Positions 26,706 through 37,203 of a stretch of 49,511 bases of DNA are shown piece by piece. The translations under genes were made by a program, and so were the position numbers. Every line of letters starts with the position of its first letter. The stretch's first letter is position 1. The stretch covers positions 62,001-111,511 of the forward strand of contig JBGQBE010000005.1 of assembly GCA_041494685.1 (NCBI GenBank). The letters run 5' to 3'. This DNA is from Dehalococcoidia bacterium (lineage in GTDB: Bacteria; Chloroflexota; Dehalococcoidia; DSTF01; JACRBR01). The notes under the pieces were generated by a model. The model was given only the letters and a program-made list of their open reading frames with translations. It searched no databases and was not told where the DNA came from.

Positions 26706-27614
26706 TCATCGCAACTTCCGAGCCGGCCGGGCCGTCGCCGGCCTTATCGGTGGCGGTTCGTACGAGCGGAGGAAGTCGATCGCGGTTGACTTGTCCGCGA
26801 AGTTCCCGTCTATGCGATCGCCGTTGTTGTACCGGACCAGTACCTCGTACCGAACCGTCGGCCCTCCGCCTCCCGAACTCGCGTACTCTTCGATGAAGTC
26901 GATTGCCTCAGCAACCGACGTGCATTCGACGGTGGACCCGTGCAGAGGGAGTACGTGCACTCCCTCAACTGTTCGCCCGATCGACGCCGCTAAGGACTCC
27001 ATGAAGTGGCCGACTTCGGTCTCATTTATCTTGAGTAGCGCACGGGCGATGTGGTTCCGATCCTTGAGCGAGAGAGCGTCCCAAGCGGCTACCTTCATTG
27101 CCAGATCCGCGTCCGGCGTCGACTCGTTGGACGTGGCATCGATACCGCGAGTCTTGAACGCTTTGATCACCGTCTCGGACGGAAAGTACAGGACTTTGAA
27201 CTCAAGCGACTTCAACTGAGCGAGAGCGTTGGCCGTGAAGACTCCAGCGAGAATCGCACCCATGAACGGAGCCGAGTGCTGATGCGTCGCCACGAGTGGC
27301 AAGATTGCCCCCTGGATCTCTTGGGCCTTGTTGCGCGAATGCTTCGTGTACCGGCGCCACGCGGTCTCGATGAACGCCACCGGCGTTCCAATCACTTCCG
27401 GAGTCCCACCCCTCTCAAACACGTAGTCTAAGTCATGGGCATTTCCGTACACGTCGATCCATGTGCACTTGGACCCGCGCCGAGCGGGTCTCACGCCCTT
27501 CTTATCGAGATACACGCCGTGGCTGTCAGCGAACTCACGTAAGAGCGGCTCAATCGATGCTTCGAGGAGATCGCCGATGATCTGCCCGAAGCGATGAGAG
27601 GGCGATCTTGCCAA
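26706..27614 (-). CDS. Putative type II restriction endonuclease
   Basis: Starts 4 nt after the MTase stop (TTG start). PD-(D/E)xK-like layout LLE..HDLDYV..FIETAW. Lower GC than flanks. Confidence 0.7.
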   Translation of the reverse strand: MARSPSHRFGQIIGDLLEASIEPLLREFADSHGVYLDKKGVRPARRGSKCTWIDVYGNAHDLDYVFERGGTPEVIGTPVAFIETAWRRYTKHSRNKAQEIQGAILPLVATHQHSAPFMGAILAGVFTANALAQLKSLEFKVLYFPSETVIKAFKTRGIDATSNESTPDADLAMKVAAWDALSLKDRNHIARALLKINETEVGHFMESLAASIGRTVEGVHVLPLHGSTVECTSVAEAIDFIEEYASSGGGGPTVRYEVLVRYNNGDRIDGNFADKSTAIDFLRSYEPPPIRPATARPARKLR

Positions 27615-27618
27615 CGGA

Positions 27619-28890
27619 CTATCCTTCGACCCAGAGTCGCCCCTCGTGGAGCGGTACTCGGTGCTTTCGATTCCGCCACTTCACGTTGCGATCCCGCGTC
27701 TTCTGGAACTGGTAGCTCTGGAACCCTGCCGCCACGGCTAGCTCGCCGAGCCATTGATCGACCGCAACATGGACACCATACGGAGCCGAATCACCGATGA
27801 CGAAGCACACGCGTCCGCCGTCGGCCGTCACTCGGCGCAGCGCCTTCCAAACCCGCGCAAGATCGGCGAAGTATGCCGCAACTAGAAGGTGATAGGACTT
27901 CTTTCCGCCGTGCGTCAGTCGTTCTTCAGCCAACCGATCACACGCCAACCTAATGTCCGGTGCGATCGGGCGCAGGTTCTCATCATCGAGCAGCACTTCA
28001 AGGTCCGATTTGTCCGCGTCTAGATGCTGCGTGCACGAACGCATAAGGCGTGTTCGCACCTTCGCGTGCAAGTCGCCCCAACTCCGTATGTCACCCCAGA
28101 ATGACATCTCTAGCCGAGTCGCGTCGGCGTAGTCGTAGTTGTTCATGTACGGTGGCGATGTCAGGACCAGATTCGCCCATCCGTCGGGAACGGATGCGCA
28201 TGAGCGCGCATCTTCGCAAAGCGGCGTGGCAACGGCGCTATCCCCGTCCATCTGACGAATGCGGATGTCCTTCGACATCAACTCGATCTGTACCCGAAAC
28301 GCCTCGTAGGGCCGCAGCGTCCTGGCCTTGCTCTTGTTCGGGAGAACGTACTGCCATTGCGCCGTCCCGACGGGCGAACAAGATCGCAGAACAGCCGTTA
28401 TCGCCAACCAAACTAATTCCGACGCTGAACTCTCGTCCGCCAGTTCCATCCAGGCCTGCTTGAGTGCATCCAACTCCGCCAGCACATCTGGAGGAAAGCA
28501 TTTGACAATGAGTGCCGGATGGGAACCATCCACGGTCCGTTGGCTAGCCTTTGCTCGCTCGATGACTTCCCCTGCCATCTCGCAGAATTGATCGACGGGA
28601 ACCCGCCACGCCAGTTTCGCACTCGCGATGCGTGCTACGAACGGGTGCGCCTCGACTCCAAACGCTGCGGCTCCGAGTCGCTCAGCCTCTACAAGCACGG
28701 TTCCCGCGCCAGAGAAGGGATCGAGGACCCTCACGGGGCCGCTCCTCGCCATCTGTTCGACTTCGCGCGCGACCCAGTTCGCCGAGAAGCCCGCCGAATA
28801 CCTGAACCACCGGTGGATCGGCAGACTCAGATTATCGGCGAAGGTCGAACTTCGGTCTGGCGGGGCTACGAGCACTCCCTGCTCAACCAT
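27619..28890 (-). CDS. DNA amino-methyltransferase, probably N4-cytosine (alpha-class motif order)
   Basis: HRWFRYSAGFS; motif I DPFSGAGT precedes motif IV TSPPY; VIGDS. Confidence 0.9.
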   Translation of the reverse strand: MVEQGVLVAPPDRSSTFADNLSLPIHRWFRYSAGFSANWVAREVEQMARSGPVRVLDPFSGAGTVLVEAERLGAAAFGVEAHPFVARIASAKLAWRVPVDQFCEMAGEVIERAKASQRTVDGSHPALIVKCFPPDVLAELDALKQAWMELADESSASELVWLAITAVLRSCSPVGTAQWQYVLPNKSKARTLRPYEAFRVQIELMSKDIRIRQMDGDSAVATPLCEDARSCASVPDGWANLVLTSPPYMNNYDYADATRLEMSFWGDIRSWGDLHAKVRTRLMRSCTQHLDADKSDLEVLLDDENLRPIAPDIRLACDRLAEERLTHGGKKSYHLLVAAYFADLARVWKALRRVTADGGRVCFVIGDSAPYGVHVAVDQWLGELAVAAGFQSYQFQKTRDRNVKWRNRKHRVPLHEGRLWVEG

Positions 28891-29059
28891 CTGGGGTAAC
28901 TCAATTCGCTATGCAACCCGATTCAGAAAGAATGTACGACTTCCTGGCCTGCGTGAACAGGATCGGCCGCTCGGCGCCAAGCTCGGTTGGCCTATTCAGG
29001 CTCAACCGACCTCACGCCGCCGCATCTCCCGGGCGCCCGCCTCGCTCGCTCCTCGCCCG

Positions 29060-29190
29060 TTTGATTGTCCGGACCGCCATTCAATCAAAGGCAATCAAAG
29101 CCAATCAATCCGCGGCCCCCGCGCAGCTTCGCCAGTGCCCCGAAACCGCCCGGAAAACGAAAAACGCGAACATACAAAAGGCAATCAAAC
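29060..29190. repeat. CAATCAA(A) repeat cluster
   Basis: Three tandem 10-bp units at 29081-29110, a fourth at 29181-29190, and an inverted copy at 29060-29067. Confidence 0.7.
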
Positions 29191-29197
29191 GCGGCCG

Positions 29198-32100
29198 TCA
29201 GGCCGGCGCGGCGGCCCGCATCATCGCCCCGGCTTCCGCCATGAACTCCGCGTCCACGCCCACGCTCCGTTCGATGCCCGGCCGCGCGTACAGGAAGACC
29301 ACCTCGCGCACCGGCAGGCCGGTGGCCTCGTGCGCCGCCCAGGCGTAGGTCAGCGCCTGCGCCCGGTACTCCTCCGTGCGCGCGTCCACGTCCGCCGCGG
29401 TCACGTTGTCCGTCTTGAAGTCGACGATGACGATGCCGCTGTCCTCCTGGAACAGCAGATCGATGCGCCCCTCGGCAACGCCGCCTTCACCCACGTCGGA
29501 GAGCGGCAGCGGCGCCGCGAACGCGACCTCCCGCAGCCTGCGCGGCGAACGCAACGCTCGCGCGATCACCGCACTCGCGAGCGCCGTGCGCGCGACGGTC
29601 GCCATCTCGTCCACGCGGTCGGCCATGCCGTGCTCCGCCGCCGCGATCTCGGCGTGCCGCGGCACGTCGTCCGGCTGCGCGAGGTCCACGCGCTCCAGCA
29701 CGCTGTGCACGGCCGTGCCGAAGTCCGCCGCCCGCGCGCGGCGCACGACGTCGGACGCGCCGGGGCGCTCCCACGTCGCGTCGTCCTTCAGCGAGGTCGC
29801 GGTGACGACGCGGAGCGCAGCGGCCGCGCCGTCGATCAGCACGTCGTCGTGCCAGGCCTTCCAGGCACGAGCTTCCTCGATCACGCGGTCGGTATCTTGC
29901 TCCGGCGCTTCAAGCGGGGCGCGGCGCCACACCGGGACCTCGGCGTCCAGCGGCGAAATGTCCGCCGCGCTCATCGTCGGCACGTCGTAGCCGACCGCGG
30001 CGTTGCGCAGGCGGTCGTTGAGCGCCTCCTTGCCGGCCGGACCCTTCGTAATGAACGGCACTACCAGCAAGTCCTTCGCGCGCGTCGCCGCGACGTAGAG
30101 CAGGCGCATGTCCTCCGCGTCTGCGTGCAGGCGCTCGGCGGCGTCGGCCGCCTCGAAGCCCGGCGTCAGGAAGGCGTTCTCCTTCTTGCCGAGCTGCACG
30201 TGCAGGCCGCCCGTCCCGGTGCGATCCGCGATCACCTTCGTCCAGTTGCGGCGGGCGGTGTTCATGTTGGCGAAGAGCACGATAGGGAACTCCAACCCCT
30301 TCGACATGTGGATCGTGACGATGCGCACGACGTCGTCGGTCTCCTCGCTGATCGCGGCGTCGGTCTCGTCAGTGGTGCGGGCGATGTTCTCTTTCAGCCA
30401 GCGCACGAAGCCGCGCAGGCCGCCGCCGCTCGCCGCGGCGAAGGCGCGCGCCTGGTCGATCATCTTCAGCAGGTTCGCCGCCACCTGGTCGCCCTGCGGC
30501 TGGAGCATCGCGAACTCCACCAGCCGCATCTCGTCGAGGACGGCGCGCACCAGTTCGGGCAGCGAGCCCACGAGCAACGGATTCGCGTGCTGCCGCTCGT
30601 GCCGGCAACTGGAAAGCTCGGCCAGCTTGCGGAGCGCCGCCGCCGCCGGGCCGGTGTCGCCGTCGCGCACGCGCTGGTGGTCGAACCCGCCGCCTGCTGC
30701 CTTGTGCAGCAGCAGATCCTCGTCGGAGCAGCCGAACGCCGACGAGCGCAGTGCCGCGATCGCGGCCACCGCGTCGGAAGGGTCATCGATCGCGCGCAGG
30801 ATGGCCACGAGTTCGCGCACCTCCTGGCGCTGGAAGAACGTGCGGCCGCCCTCGTGCCGGTAGGGAACGCCGGCGCGCGTGCAGGCCTCCTCGTAGATCT
30901 GCAGGTCCGTACGCGACGGGATCAGCACCGCCACGTCGCGGTAGCGAGCCGGGCGCGCGCCGCCGTCGCCGTCGCGCACGCGCCACTCGCCGCTGTCGAT
31001 GGAGCCGCGGATCAGCGACGCCAGGGCGTTCGCCTCGGCCGTCCGCGTCGCGCTTGCGTTCGAGCCGGACTCTTCGCCGCGCAGCACCACCACCGGACGC
31101 GCGACGGCGTCGGGCAGGTCGGGGCGCGGCTCCAGGTCGATGTACCGCGGCTGGCGGCCGGGCGCCTCGGTGATGAGATCGCGGAAGACGTTGTTCACCC
31201 AGTCGACGATCTTCGGGTGGCTGCGGAAGTTCTGGGTGATCGCGCGCACCTCGCCGCTGAAGACGCGCTGCTTGACCGCGTCGTACATGGCGATGTCGGC
31301 GCGGCGGAAGCGGTAGATCGACTGCTTGGGGTCGCCTACAACGAACAGGCTGCCGGGCCGCAGCACGACATCGCGCCAGTCGACGGCGCGTGCACCATCC
31401 TCGCACAGGTAGACGACCAGCTCCACCTGGAGCGGGTCGGTGTCCTGGAACTCGTCGATGAAGATGCGCTGGTACTTCGCTTGGAAGTAGGAGCGGACGT
31501 CCGCGCGCTCGCGCACGAGGCGGCGCGCCCAGATCAGCAGGTCCTGGAAGTCGGCCTTGCCGGCGGCGCGGCGGCGCAGCTCGTACCACGAGACGAAGTC
31601 TTGCAGCCACGCCAGCAGCCGGGCGGTAGCGGCGGCGCGCATGGCGTCGCGCGCTCCGTGCAACAGGCCGACGACCTCGGTGACGGCGGCCTTCACATCT
31701 TTGCAGTACTGCTTGCTGTGCCAGTTGTTCTGGTTGCCCTTCTGCGGCGACGGGATGTCCGCGGTCGCGACGGCGCGGCGGAGCACGTCGGGCCGGGTGC
31801 GCAGCAGCTCCAGCTGGTCGCGCAGCTCGCAGGCGGCGACCAGCGCCTCGTGCGCCCGGTCCTTGACGCCGTCGAGCGGCCTGAGATCGCGCACCGGCGT
31901 CAGCTGGGCATCGATGTCAGCGAGTAGCCGCGGGAGATCGACGGGCTCCTCCTGGTACGCGGGCAGCGGCAGCAGGTCGCGCTGCTCGTGCAGCGTATGC
32001 GCCGCCTCGCGCACGAGCCCGAACTCCAGGCCAAGGTTGAGGGCGTCGATCACGGCATCCGGCGGCGGCTCGGCGGCGAGCGCGGCGGTGAGCCACTCGT

Positions 32101-32539
32101 CGTACGCCTCCTCGAACTCGAGTTGCGCCGGCAGGTCCACCAGCACGTCGAAGCCCGGGTCGAGGTCCGCCTCGATCGGGCGCTCGCGCAGCAGGCCGGC
32201 GGCGAAGGCGTGGATCGTCTCGATATGGGCGAGGTTGAGGCCGCGGATCGCCTCGTCGATCGCGGCGCGCTCCGCGGCGGGCGTGGCGGCATCCTGTAGC
32301 GCGCGGTCGAGGCCGTCGCGGACGCGGGCGGCCAGCTCAGCGGCGGCTTTCTCGGTGAACGTGATCACCGCGACGTTCTGCACCTTCGTCTGCCCACGCC
32401 GCAGCACCTCGACGATGCGGTCGACGAGCACGGTCGTCTTGCCGGTGCCGGCGCCGGCCTCGACGCAGAGGTTCACGTCGATGTCGACGCGGATGCTGTC
32501 GCGGACGTCCTGGTCGCGGGGGGTAAAGGTCGCGCTCAC
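29198..32539 (-). CDS. addA: ATP-dependent helicase/nuclease subunit A (AddA/UvrD-like)
   Basis: AGAGTGKT, TFTEKAA, IDEFQDT, VGDPKQSIYRFR, TIHMSKGLEFP and YVAATRA helicase motifs; C-terminal GRIDL..DFKT nuclease. GTG start overlaps the addB stop. Confidence 0.92.
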   Translation of the reverse strand: MSATFTPRDQDVRDSIRVDIDVNLCVEAGAGTGKTTVLVDRIVEVLRRGQTKVQNVAVITFTEKAAAELAARVRDGLDRALQDAATPAAERAAIDEAIRGLNLAHIETIHAFAAGLLRERPIEADLDPGFDVLVDLPAQLEFEEAYDEWLTAALAAEPPPDAVIDALNLGLEFGLVREAAHTLHEQRDLLPLPAYQEEPVDLPRLLADIDAQLTPVRDLRPLDGVKDRAHEALVAACELRDQLELLRTRPDVLRRAVATADIPSPQKGNQNNWHSKQYCKDVKAAVTEVVGLLHGARDAMRAAATARLLAWLQDFVSWYELRRRAAGKADFQDLLIWARRLVRERADVRSYFQAKYQRIFIDEFQDTDPLQVELVVYLCEDGARAVDWRDVVLRPGSLFVVGDPKQSIYRFRRADIAMYDAVKQRVFSGEVRAITQNFRSHPKIVDWVNNVFRDLITEAPGRQPRYIDLEPRPDLPDAVARPVVVLRGEESGSNASATRTAEANALASLIRGSIDSGEWRVRDGDGGARPARYRDVAVLIPSRTDLQIYEEACTRAGVPYRHEGGRTFFQRQEVRELVAILRAIDDPSDAVAAIAALRSSAFGCSDEDLLLHKAAGGGFDHQRVRDGDTGPAAAALRKLAELSSCRHERQHANPLLVGSLPELVRAVLDEMRLVEFAMLQPQGDQVAANLLKMIDQARAFAAASGGGLRGFVRWLKENIARTTDETDAAISEETDDVVRIVTIHMSKGLEFPIVLFANMNTARRNWTKVIADRTGTGGLHVQLGKKENAFLTPGFEAADAAERLHADAEDMRLLYVAATRAKDLLVVPFITKGPAGKEALNDRLRNAAVGYDVPTMSAADISPLDAEVPVWRRAPLEAPEQDTDRVIEEARAWKAWHDDVLIDGAAAALRVVTATSLKDDATWERPGASDVVRRARAADFGTAVHSVLERVDLAQPDDVPRHAEIAAAEHGMADRVDEMATVARTALASAVIARALRSPRRLREVAFAAPLPLSDVGEGGVAEGRIDLLFQEDSGIVIVDFKTDNVTAADVDARTEEYRAQALTYAWAAHEATGLPVREVVFLYARPGIERSVGVDAEFMAEAGAMMRAAAPA

Positions 32540-35500
32540 TTGATCTCCCCCATGGCGCGGTACGCGGCGGCGCGCGGGTCGTCCCGCTTGCGCTGCATGA
32601 CCGTGTCGATGCGCGCATCGCAGACGGCGCGGTAGTCGCACCACCGGCAGATCGTGTTCGGCTCCGGCGCGGGCGCGAACATGCCTTCGTCCACACCGTC
32701 GGCGATCGTCTCCAGCACCTGCCCGAACTCATCAGCGCGGTCTTCCAGATCCGGTCCGGTGAGGGTGCGGCGCACGAAGTTGCCGCGGCTGCTGACGTAG
32801 AAGTACTGCGCCTCGCCGCGCAGGTGGCCGATGCCAAGCAGTTCCGCCGCCGCGCGCAGGTAGATCGGCAGCTGGAGCGCCCTGCCCCGGTCGAACGCCG
32901 CCTTGTCGCGCGCCTGCCCCGTCTTGTAGTCGACGACGCGGAAGATCCGCCGGTCGTCGTCCCAGTCGACACGGTCGATGCGGCCCTGGAAGAGCAGCTC
33001 GCGCGCGCCCGCCACCAGGCGCAGCGGCTCGTCGCTGGACAGCGGGTCGTCCGTGCCGTAGCCGGCGCCGCCGGGGCCGAAGCGCACTTCCAGCGCGCCC
33101 GGCAGCAGCCCGCCGCCTTCGCGCACCTCCGCGTCGTACCAGCGCACCAGGTCCTCGGAGATCTGGCGGCGGTCCATCTCCCAGATCAGCGGCCGGCCGG
33201 TGACGCCGCGCGCGACGCGCTCCGCGCACTCGACCTCGAACGCGTCGTGCAGCATCGCCAGGTGCGCCTCGCGGCGCGCGGCCGAGGGCGGATCCTCGCG
33301 GCCGATCGTGCGCAGGAACCGTTCGAGAATCGCGTGGATGAGGCTGCCGCGCTCCAGCGCATCGATGCGCTCGACCTTCTCCGGCTCCTCCACCGGCTGG
33401 ATGCGCAGCGCGTACTTGAGGAAAAACTGGTACGGGCAGGTGGCGTACGTCTCCATGCGGCTGGGCGACACCGGCCGCCCCGCCGCGAAGTCCGAGCGCC
33501 CGCGCGCAGCGGCCACGGCGTCATCGGAGATCATGACGCCGTCGTGCGCGGTGAGCGTGTCGCCCCAGCGCTGGCGGCGGGCATCGATGGCGCGCGCGAA
33601 CGTCGCGGTCGTGCGCATCAGCGCGGCGACGCCGGCGGGCTCCGCGCCTTCAAGCGCGGCGCGGACAAGGCCGCGGTCGTACTCGGCGTGGGTGACGGCA
33701 GCTTCGAGGTCGTCGCTCGCCAGGCGGCCCGCGGCGATCCGGCGCAGGACGCCGCTGCTCTCGATCTCGCCCAGGTCGATGCGGCGGCCGGCCAGCGCGT
33801 CGGCTACGGCGCGGAAGAAGTACGACGGCAGGTGCTTGCCGCTGCCGCCGGAGTCGGAGCGCGCGTACGACACGGCGAGCTGCTCGCGCGCGGCCTGCAG
33901 GTTGAGCCAGAACTCCAGCGGCTGGTCGTCGGGCTCCGTGCGCAGCGGCAGCGTACCGGCGCCGGCAGCGTTGACGGCGCGGCGCTCGTTTTCCAGCAGA
34001 AGCGGATCGGGGCGGCGGGGCGGCGGCCACGCCCGCTCCGCCACGCCGAGCATGTACATGGCGCGGAAGCGCAGGTGCCGCAGCGACAACGCGTCCATCA
34101 CGGCGACGCCGCGGCGGCCGAACAGGCGGATCGGCTCCTTCAGCACGGCCGTCGAGTCGCGCGACTCCAGGTCGTCGCGCACGGCACGGCAGAAGACGGC
34201 GAACGTTGCGCGCGGCGTCACCTGCTTGAGCGTGGCCAGGTCGCGCAGCGCCTCGATCAGCGGCTCCGTGCCGCGCGCGTACGTCGCCGCAATGCGCGCG
34301 AGCCAGTCGATGTGGGTGTCCCACGTGGCCTCGTCGGCGCGCAATGTCAGCGCGGCGTGGAACTCGGCGACGAACGCGCGGAGCTGGTCGACGCGGTCGG
34401 CGTGGCCGCGCAGCCACTCGTAGCCCTCGGCGTGCGCAGCGTCGCGCTTCTCGCTGGCAAGGCGCGACAGGCGCTCGTCCCACTGGTCATGGCCTTCGAC
34501 GACGCCCGCCTCGCGCGTGTAGGTCTCCCATTCCGACGGGCTGAAGCCATGCGCGGCGACCGCCTCGTCCGAGATGCGGGTCTCGGTGAGGAACTCCATC
34601 ACCTTCGCCCGGGAGAACGTCGCATCGACGGCCAGGTCGAGCAGCGCGAGCAGGCGGCGGCCCAGCGGGTGATCCGACAGCAGGCGTCCGTCGTGGAGGT
34701 ACGTCTCGATGCCGGCCTCGGAGAAGATCTCGTCCACTAGCGCGCGGTAGGGTTCGCGGTTGCGGTAGACGACGGCTACCTCGTGAAAGCGCATGCCGCC
34801 GCGCGCCCAGCGCAGGCAGGCCCGCGCCGCCTCCCACACTTCGCGCACCGTGTCGGGCGCGCTCACGAGCGCGACTTCCTCCGCCTCGACACGCGGCTGG
34901 CCCGGGCCGCGGAAGATCGCGCGGGCGACGCGCTCGGCCGGTGCGGGCGCATCGCCCGGCGGCAGATCGATGACGCGCGCGCCGGCGGCGGTCAGCCGCT
35001 CGCGCAGGGGCGCGACCGGGTCGTCCGCGGCGATGTCGGCGCGCGGCAGGAACGCGGTGACCTCCGCGGCGGCGGCGAGGCGCTCGATCATGCGGAGTTG
35101 GAGCTCCGGCGGCGACCAGAGGCCGTACACCAGCAGGGGGCCTTCTAGGCGCGCCGGGTCGGCGTCCTCGAAGCGCTCGGCGTGCGTGGCGAAGGGCGCG
35201 CGGCGGCGCTGGTAGTCGCCGTAGAGGCGCGCCAGCTCGTTCAGCTTCGCGGCGTTCGCACCGGGGCGCTGTGACACGTCTGCGGCGGTGCGCGCGAAGC
35301 CGACGGCAGAGAAGCCGCCCAGCTCCAGCTCGCGGAAGAGCCGTCCCAGCGCGTCGGAGAAGCCCTCTCGCACAGCGACGCCGCCGAAGTAGCCCTGCGC
35401 CGACGCGGCGATCTCGCGGACGAGCAGCCGGTTCGCGCCGGGCGACAGCGCCTGGCGCGGCGCCGCGCCGGCCGGCGCCAGCTGCTCCGCCAGCTCGTGC

Positions 35501-35697
35501 GGCTGCACGAAGTTGACGTTGAGCTGGGCGATGCCGCGCGCGGCGAGCATGCGGCGCAGGTACGGGCGCAGCAGCACGTGGCCGACCAGCACGGTCACGG
35601 GCGCCAGCGGGTCGGCGGCGCGTGCACGCTGCACGGCGTCCGCGAGCGCGTCCTCGATCTGCGCGAGAGCGCCGGTTACGATTTGAGCAGGTGGCAT
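32536..35697 (-). CDS. addB: Helicase/nuclease subunit B (AddB-like, PD-(D/E)xK with Fe-S staple)
   Basis: Degenerate helicase N-terminus; SPSRMETYATCPY, GRIDRVD, VDYKTG, LQLPIY and CRWCDYRAVC motifs. Confidence 0.88.
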   Translation of the reverse strand: MPPAQIVTGALAQIEDALADAVQRARAADPLAPVTVLVGHVLLRPYLRRMLAARGIAQLNVNFVQPHELAEQLAPAGAAPRQALSPGANRLLVREIAASAQGYFGGVAVREGFSDALGRLFRELELGGFSAVGFARTAADVSQRPGANAAKLNELARLYGDYQRRRAPFATHAERFEDADPARLEGPLLVYGLWSPPELQLRMIERLAAAAEVTAFLPRADIAADDPVAPLRERLTAAGARVIDLPPGDAPAPAERVARAIFRGPGQPRVEAEEVALVSAPDTVREVWEAARACLRWARGGMRFHEVAVVYRNREPYRALVDEIFSEAGIETYLHDGRLLSDHPLGRRLLALLDLAVDATFSRAKVMEFLTETRISDEAVAAHGFSPSEWETYTREAGVVEGHDQWDERLSRLASEKRDAAHAEGYEWLRGHADRVDQLRAFVAEFHAALTLRADEATWDTHIDWLARIAATYARGTEPLIEALRDLATLKQVTPRATFAVFCRAVRDDLESRDSTAVLKEPIRLFGRRGVAVMDALSLRHLRFRAMYMLGVAERAWPPPRRPDPLLLENERRAVNAAGAGTLPLRTEPDDQPLEFWLNLQAAREQLAVSYARSDSGGSGKHLPSYFFRAVADALAGRRIDLGEIESSGVLRRIAAGRLASDDLEAAVTHAEYDRGLVRAALEGAEPAGVAALMRTTATFARAIDARRQRWGDTLTAHDGVMISDDAVAAARGRSDFAAGRPVSPSRMETYATCPYQFFLKYALRIQPVEEPEKVERIDALERGSLIHAILERFLRTIGREDPPSAARREAHLAMLHDAFEVECAERVARGVTGRPLIWEMDRRQISEDLVRWYDAEVREGGGLLPGALEVRFGPGGAGYGTDDPLSSDEPLRLVAGARELLFQGRIDRVDWDDDRRIFRVVDYKTGQARDKAAFDRGRALQLPIYLRAAAELLGIGHLRGEAQYFYVSSRGNFVRRTLTGPDLEDRADEFGQVLETIADGVDEGMFAPAPEPNTICRWCDYRAVCDARIDTVMQRKRDDPRAAAYRAMGEIK

Positions 35698-35782
35698 CGT
35701 GGCGCAAGTATACTCCCGGCCATGCGACAATCAGTGTCGCGCGACGCCGCGATCCGCCCGCGATCACACGAAGGGATGCGCA

Positions 35783-36226
35783 ATGCCGCACTACCAGAGG
35801 CCGGACGCCTTCACGAAGCACCTGTTCAACCCGCTCGTCGCCTTCCTCACGAAGATCGGGCTGCCGCTGCGCGGCTCGCGTGTGCTGGCGGTGCGCGGCC
35901 GCAAGAGCGGCGAATGGCGTACGACGCCGGTCAACCCGCTCAGCTACAACGGCGCGCGCTACCTCGTGGCGCCGCGTGGGGAGACGCAGTGGGTGCGCAA
36001 CATTCGCGTCACTGGCACGGCGGAGCTGCGCGGCGGCCGCAAGCCGACCGAGATGATCCGCGTGGCGGAGCTGAGCAACGACGAAAAGCCGGGGCTGCTC
36101 CGCGCCTACCTGCAGCACTGGGCATGGGAGACGAACCAGTTCTTCGGCGGCGTCGGCGCGAAAGCGCCGGAAGAGGAACTGCGCCGCATCGCGCCGGACC
36201 ACCCGGTGTTCCGCATCGTGGAGTGA
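35783..36226 (+). CDS. Deazaflavin (F420)-dependent nitroreductase family oxidoreductase
   Basis: L.VRGRKSGEWRTTPV..G.TQWVRNIR..HPVFRI. Confidence 0.85.
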   Translation: MPHYQRPDAFTKHLFNPLVAFLTKIGLPLRGSRVLAVRGRKSGEWRTTPVNPLSYNGARYLVAPRGETQWVRNIRVTGTAELRGGRKPTEMIRVAELSNDEKPGLLRAYLQHWAWETNQFFGGVGAKAPEEELRRIAPDHPVFRIVE

Positions 36227-36508
36227 ACGCGGGCGGACGGGATCCACAGATTGCGCAGATGACACAGATGGATGGGGTGGTGCGGGCGTCACGCAGCGGG
36301 CGCTCGCGGAGCCTGTGGCGGGGGAGGGCATATGCGTTGGGGGTGGTCGCAGGCGTGGGGACTGGGCCGGCTGGCACGCAATTGGGGTAATCGGCCGGAG
36401 TTGCAGAAGCCCGACCAGGAGGACGGAACTGCCGGATTCGGAGCTGCCTGCATCGGATGAGCGTGCCGCGATCGAGCGGGAGCGCGCGCGGCGCGAGCAG
36501 GGCCGCCG

Positions 36509-37144
36509 CTAGGCGCGTACGCCCGCGACGCGGCGTTGCAGCTCGTCGTCGATGTATAGGCTGCCGTCTTCGAGCGTGTAGAAGAGGCGCTTGAAGGGCA
36601 CGCCGATCTCGCGGAACTTCCTGCCGCCGCCCTCGTGGCGCTCGACGACCGTCATCACCAGGACCACGTCGCACCCCTCGTCCTGCGCGGCGCGCGTCGC
36701 CTGCATCGCCGCGCCGCCCTGCGTCACCGCATCTTCGACGATAGCGACGCGGCGGCCGGGGCGGATGAGCGGCGAGCCGTCTTCGGTGGCGGACGCGCGC
36801 ATCTTCGCCTTCTCCTGCGGCCCGTGATCCTTCGCCTCGGCGCGCCCGAAGAACGTCGGCAGCAGGTGGCCCGTGTCGAGCGCGGCGCGCGCGACAGCGT
36901 CGGCGATGGGGATGCAGCCCGCCGCGAGCCCGCCGACCGCCTCGGCGCCGGAGTCGAGCACGGCGGGCGCCATCAGCTCGCCGACGATCCTGGCGTAGCG
37001 CGGGTGCAGCGTGACGCCCTTGAGGTCGCAATAGTAGTTGCTGAAACCGCCGGAGTTGAGCCGCACGGGCTCGGCGTGGCGCGTGATGCAGTGCCGCTCA
37101 ATCGCGGCTTTCAGTGCGAGTACGTCGTCGTTCGGGGAGGTCAT
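36509..37144 (-). CDS. pyrE: Orotate phosphoribosyltransferase
   Basis: LNSGGFSNYYCD, R.EAKDHG and IVEDAVTQGG PRPP-binding motif. Confidence 0.85.
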   Translation of the reverse strand: MTSPNDDVLALKAAIERHCITRHAEPVRLNSGGFSNYYCDLKGVTLHPRYARIVGELMAPAVLDSGAEAVGGLAAGCIPIADAVARAALDTGHLLPTFFGRAEAKDHGPQEKAKMRASATEDGSPLIRPGRRVAIVEDAVTQGGAAMQATRAAQDEGCDVVLVMTVVERHEGGGRKFREIGVPFKRLFYTLEDGSLYIDDELQRRVAGVRA

Positions 37145-37203
37145 CGAGCGTCATTCTACCGGCGCCGACTTCCCGCGACCAATAGGAACCGCCGATCGCG
37201 CTC

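Noticed and set aside
28628..34740. Long plus-strand ORFs (1099 aa and 638 aa)
   Set aside because: Antisense shadows of addA and addB.
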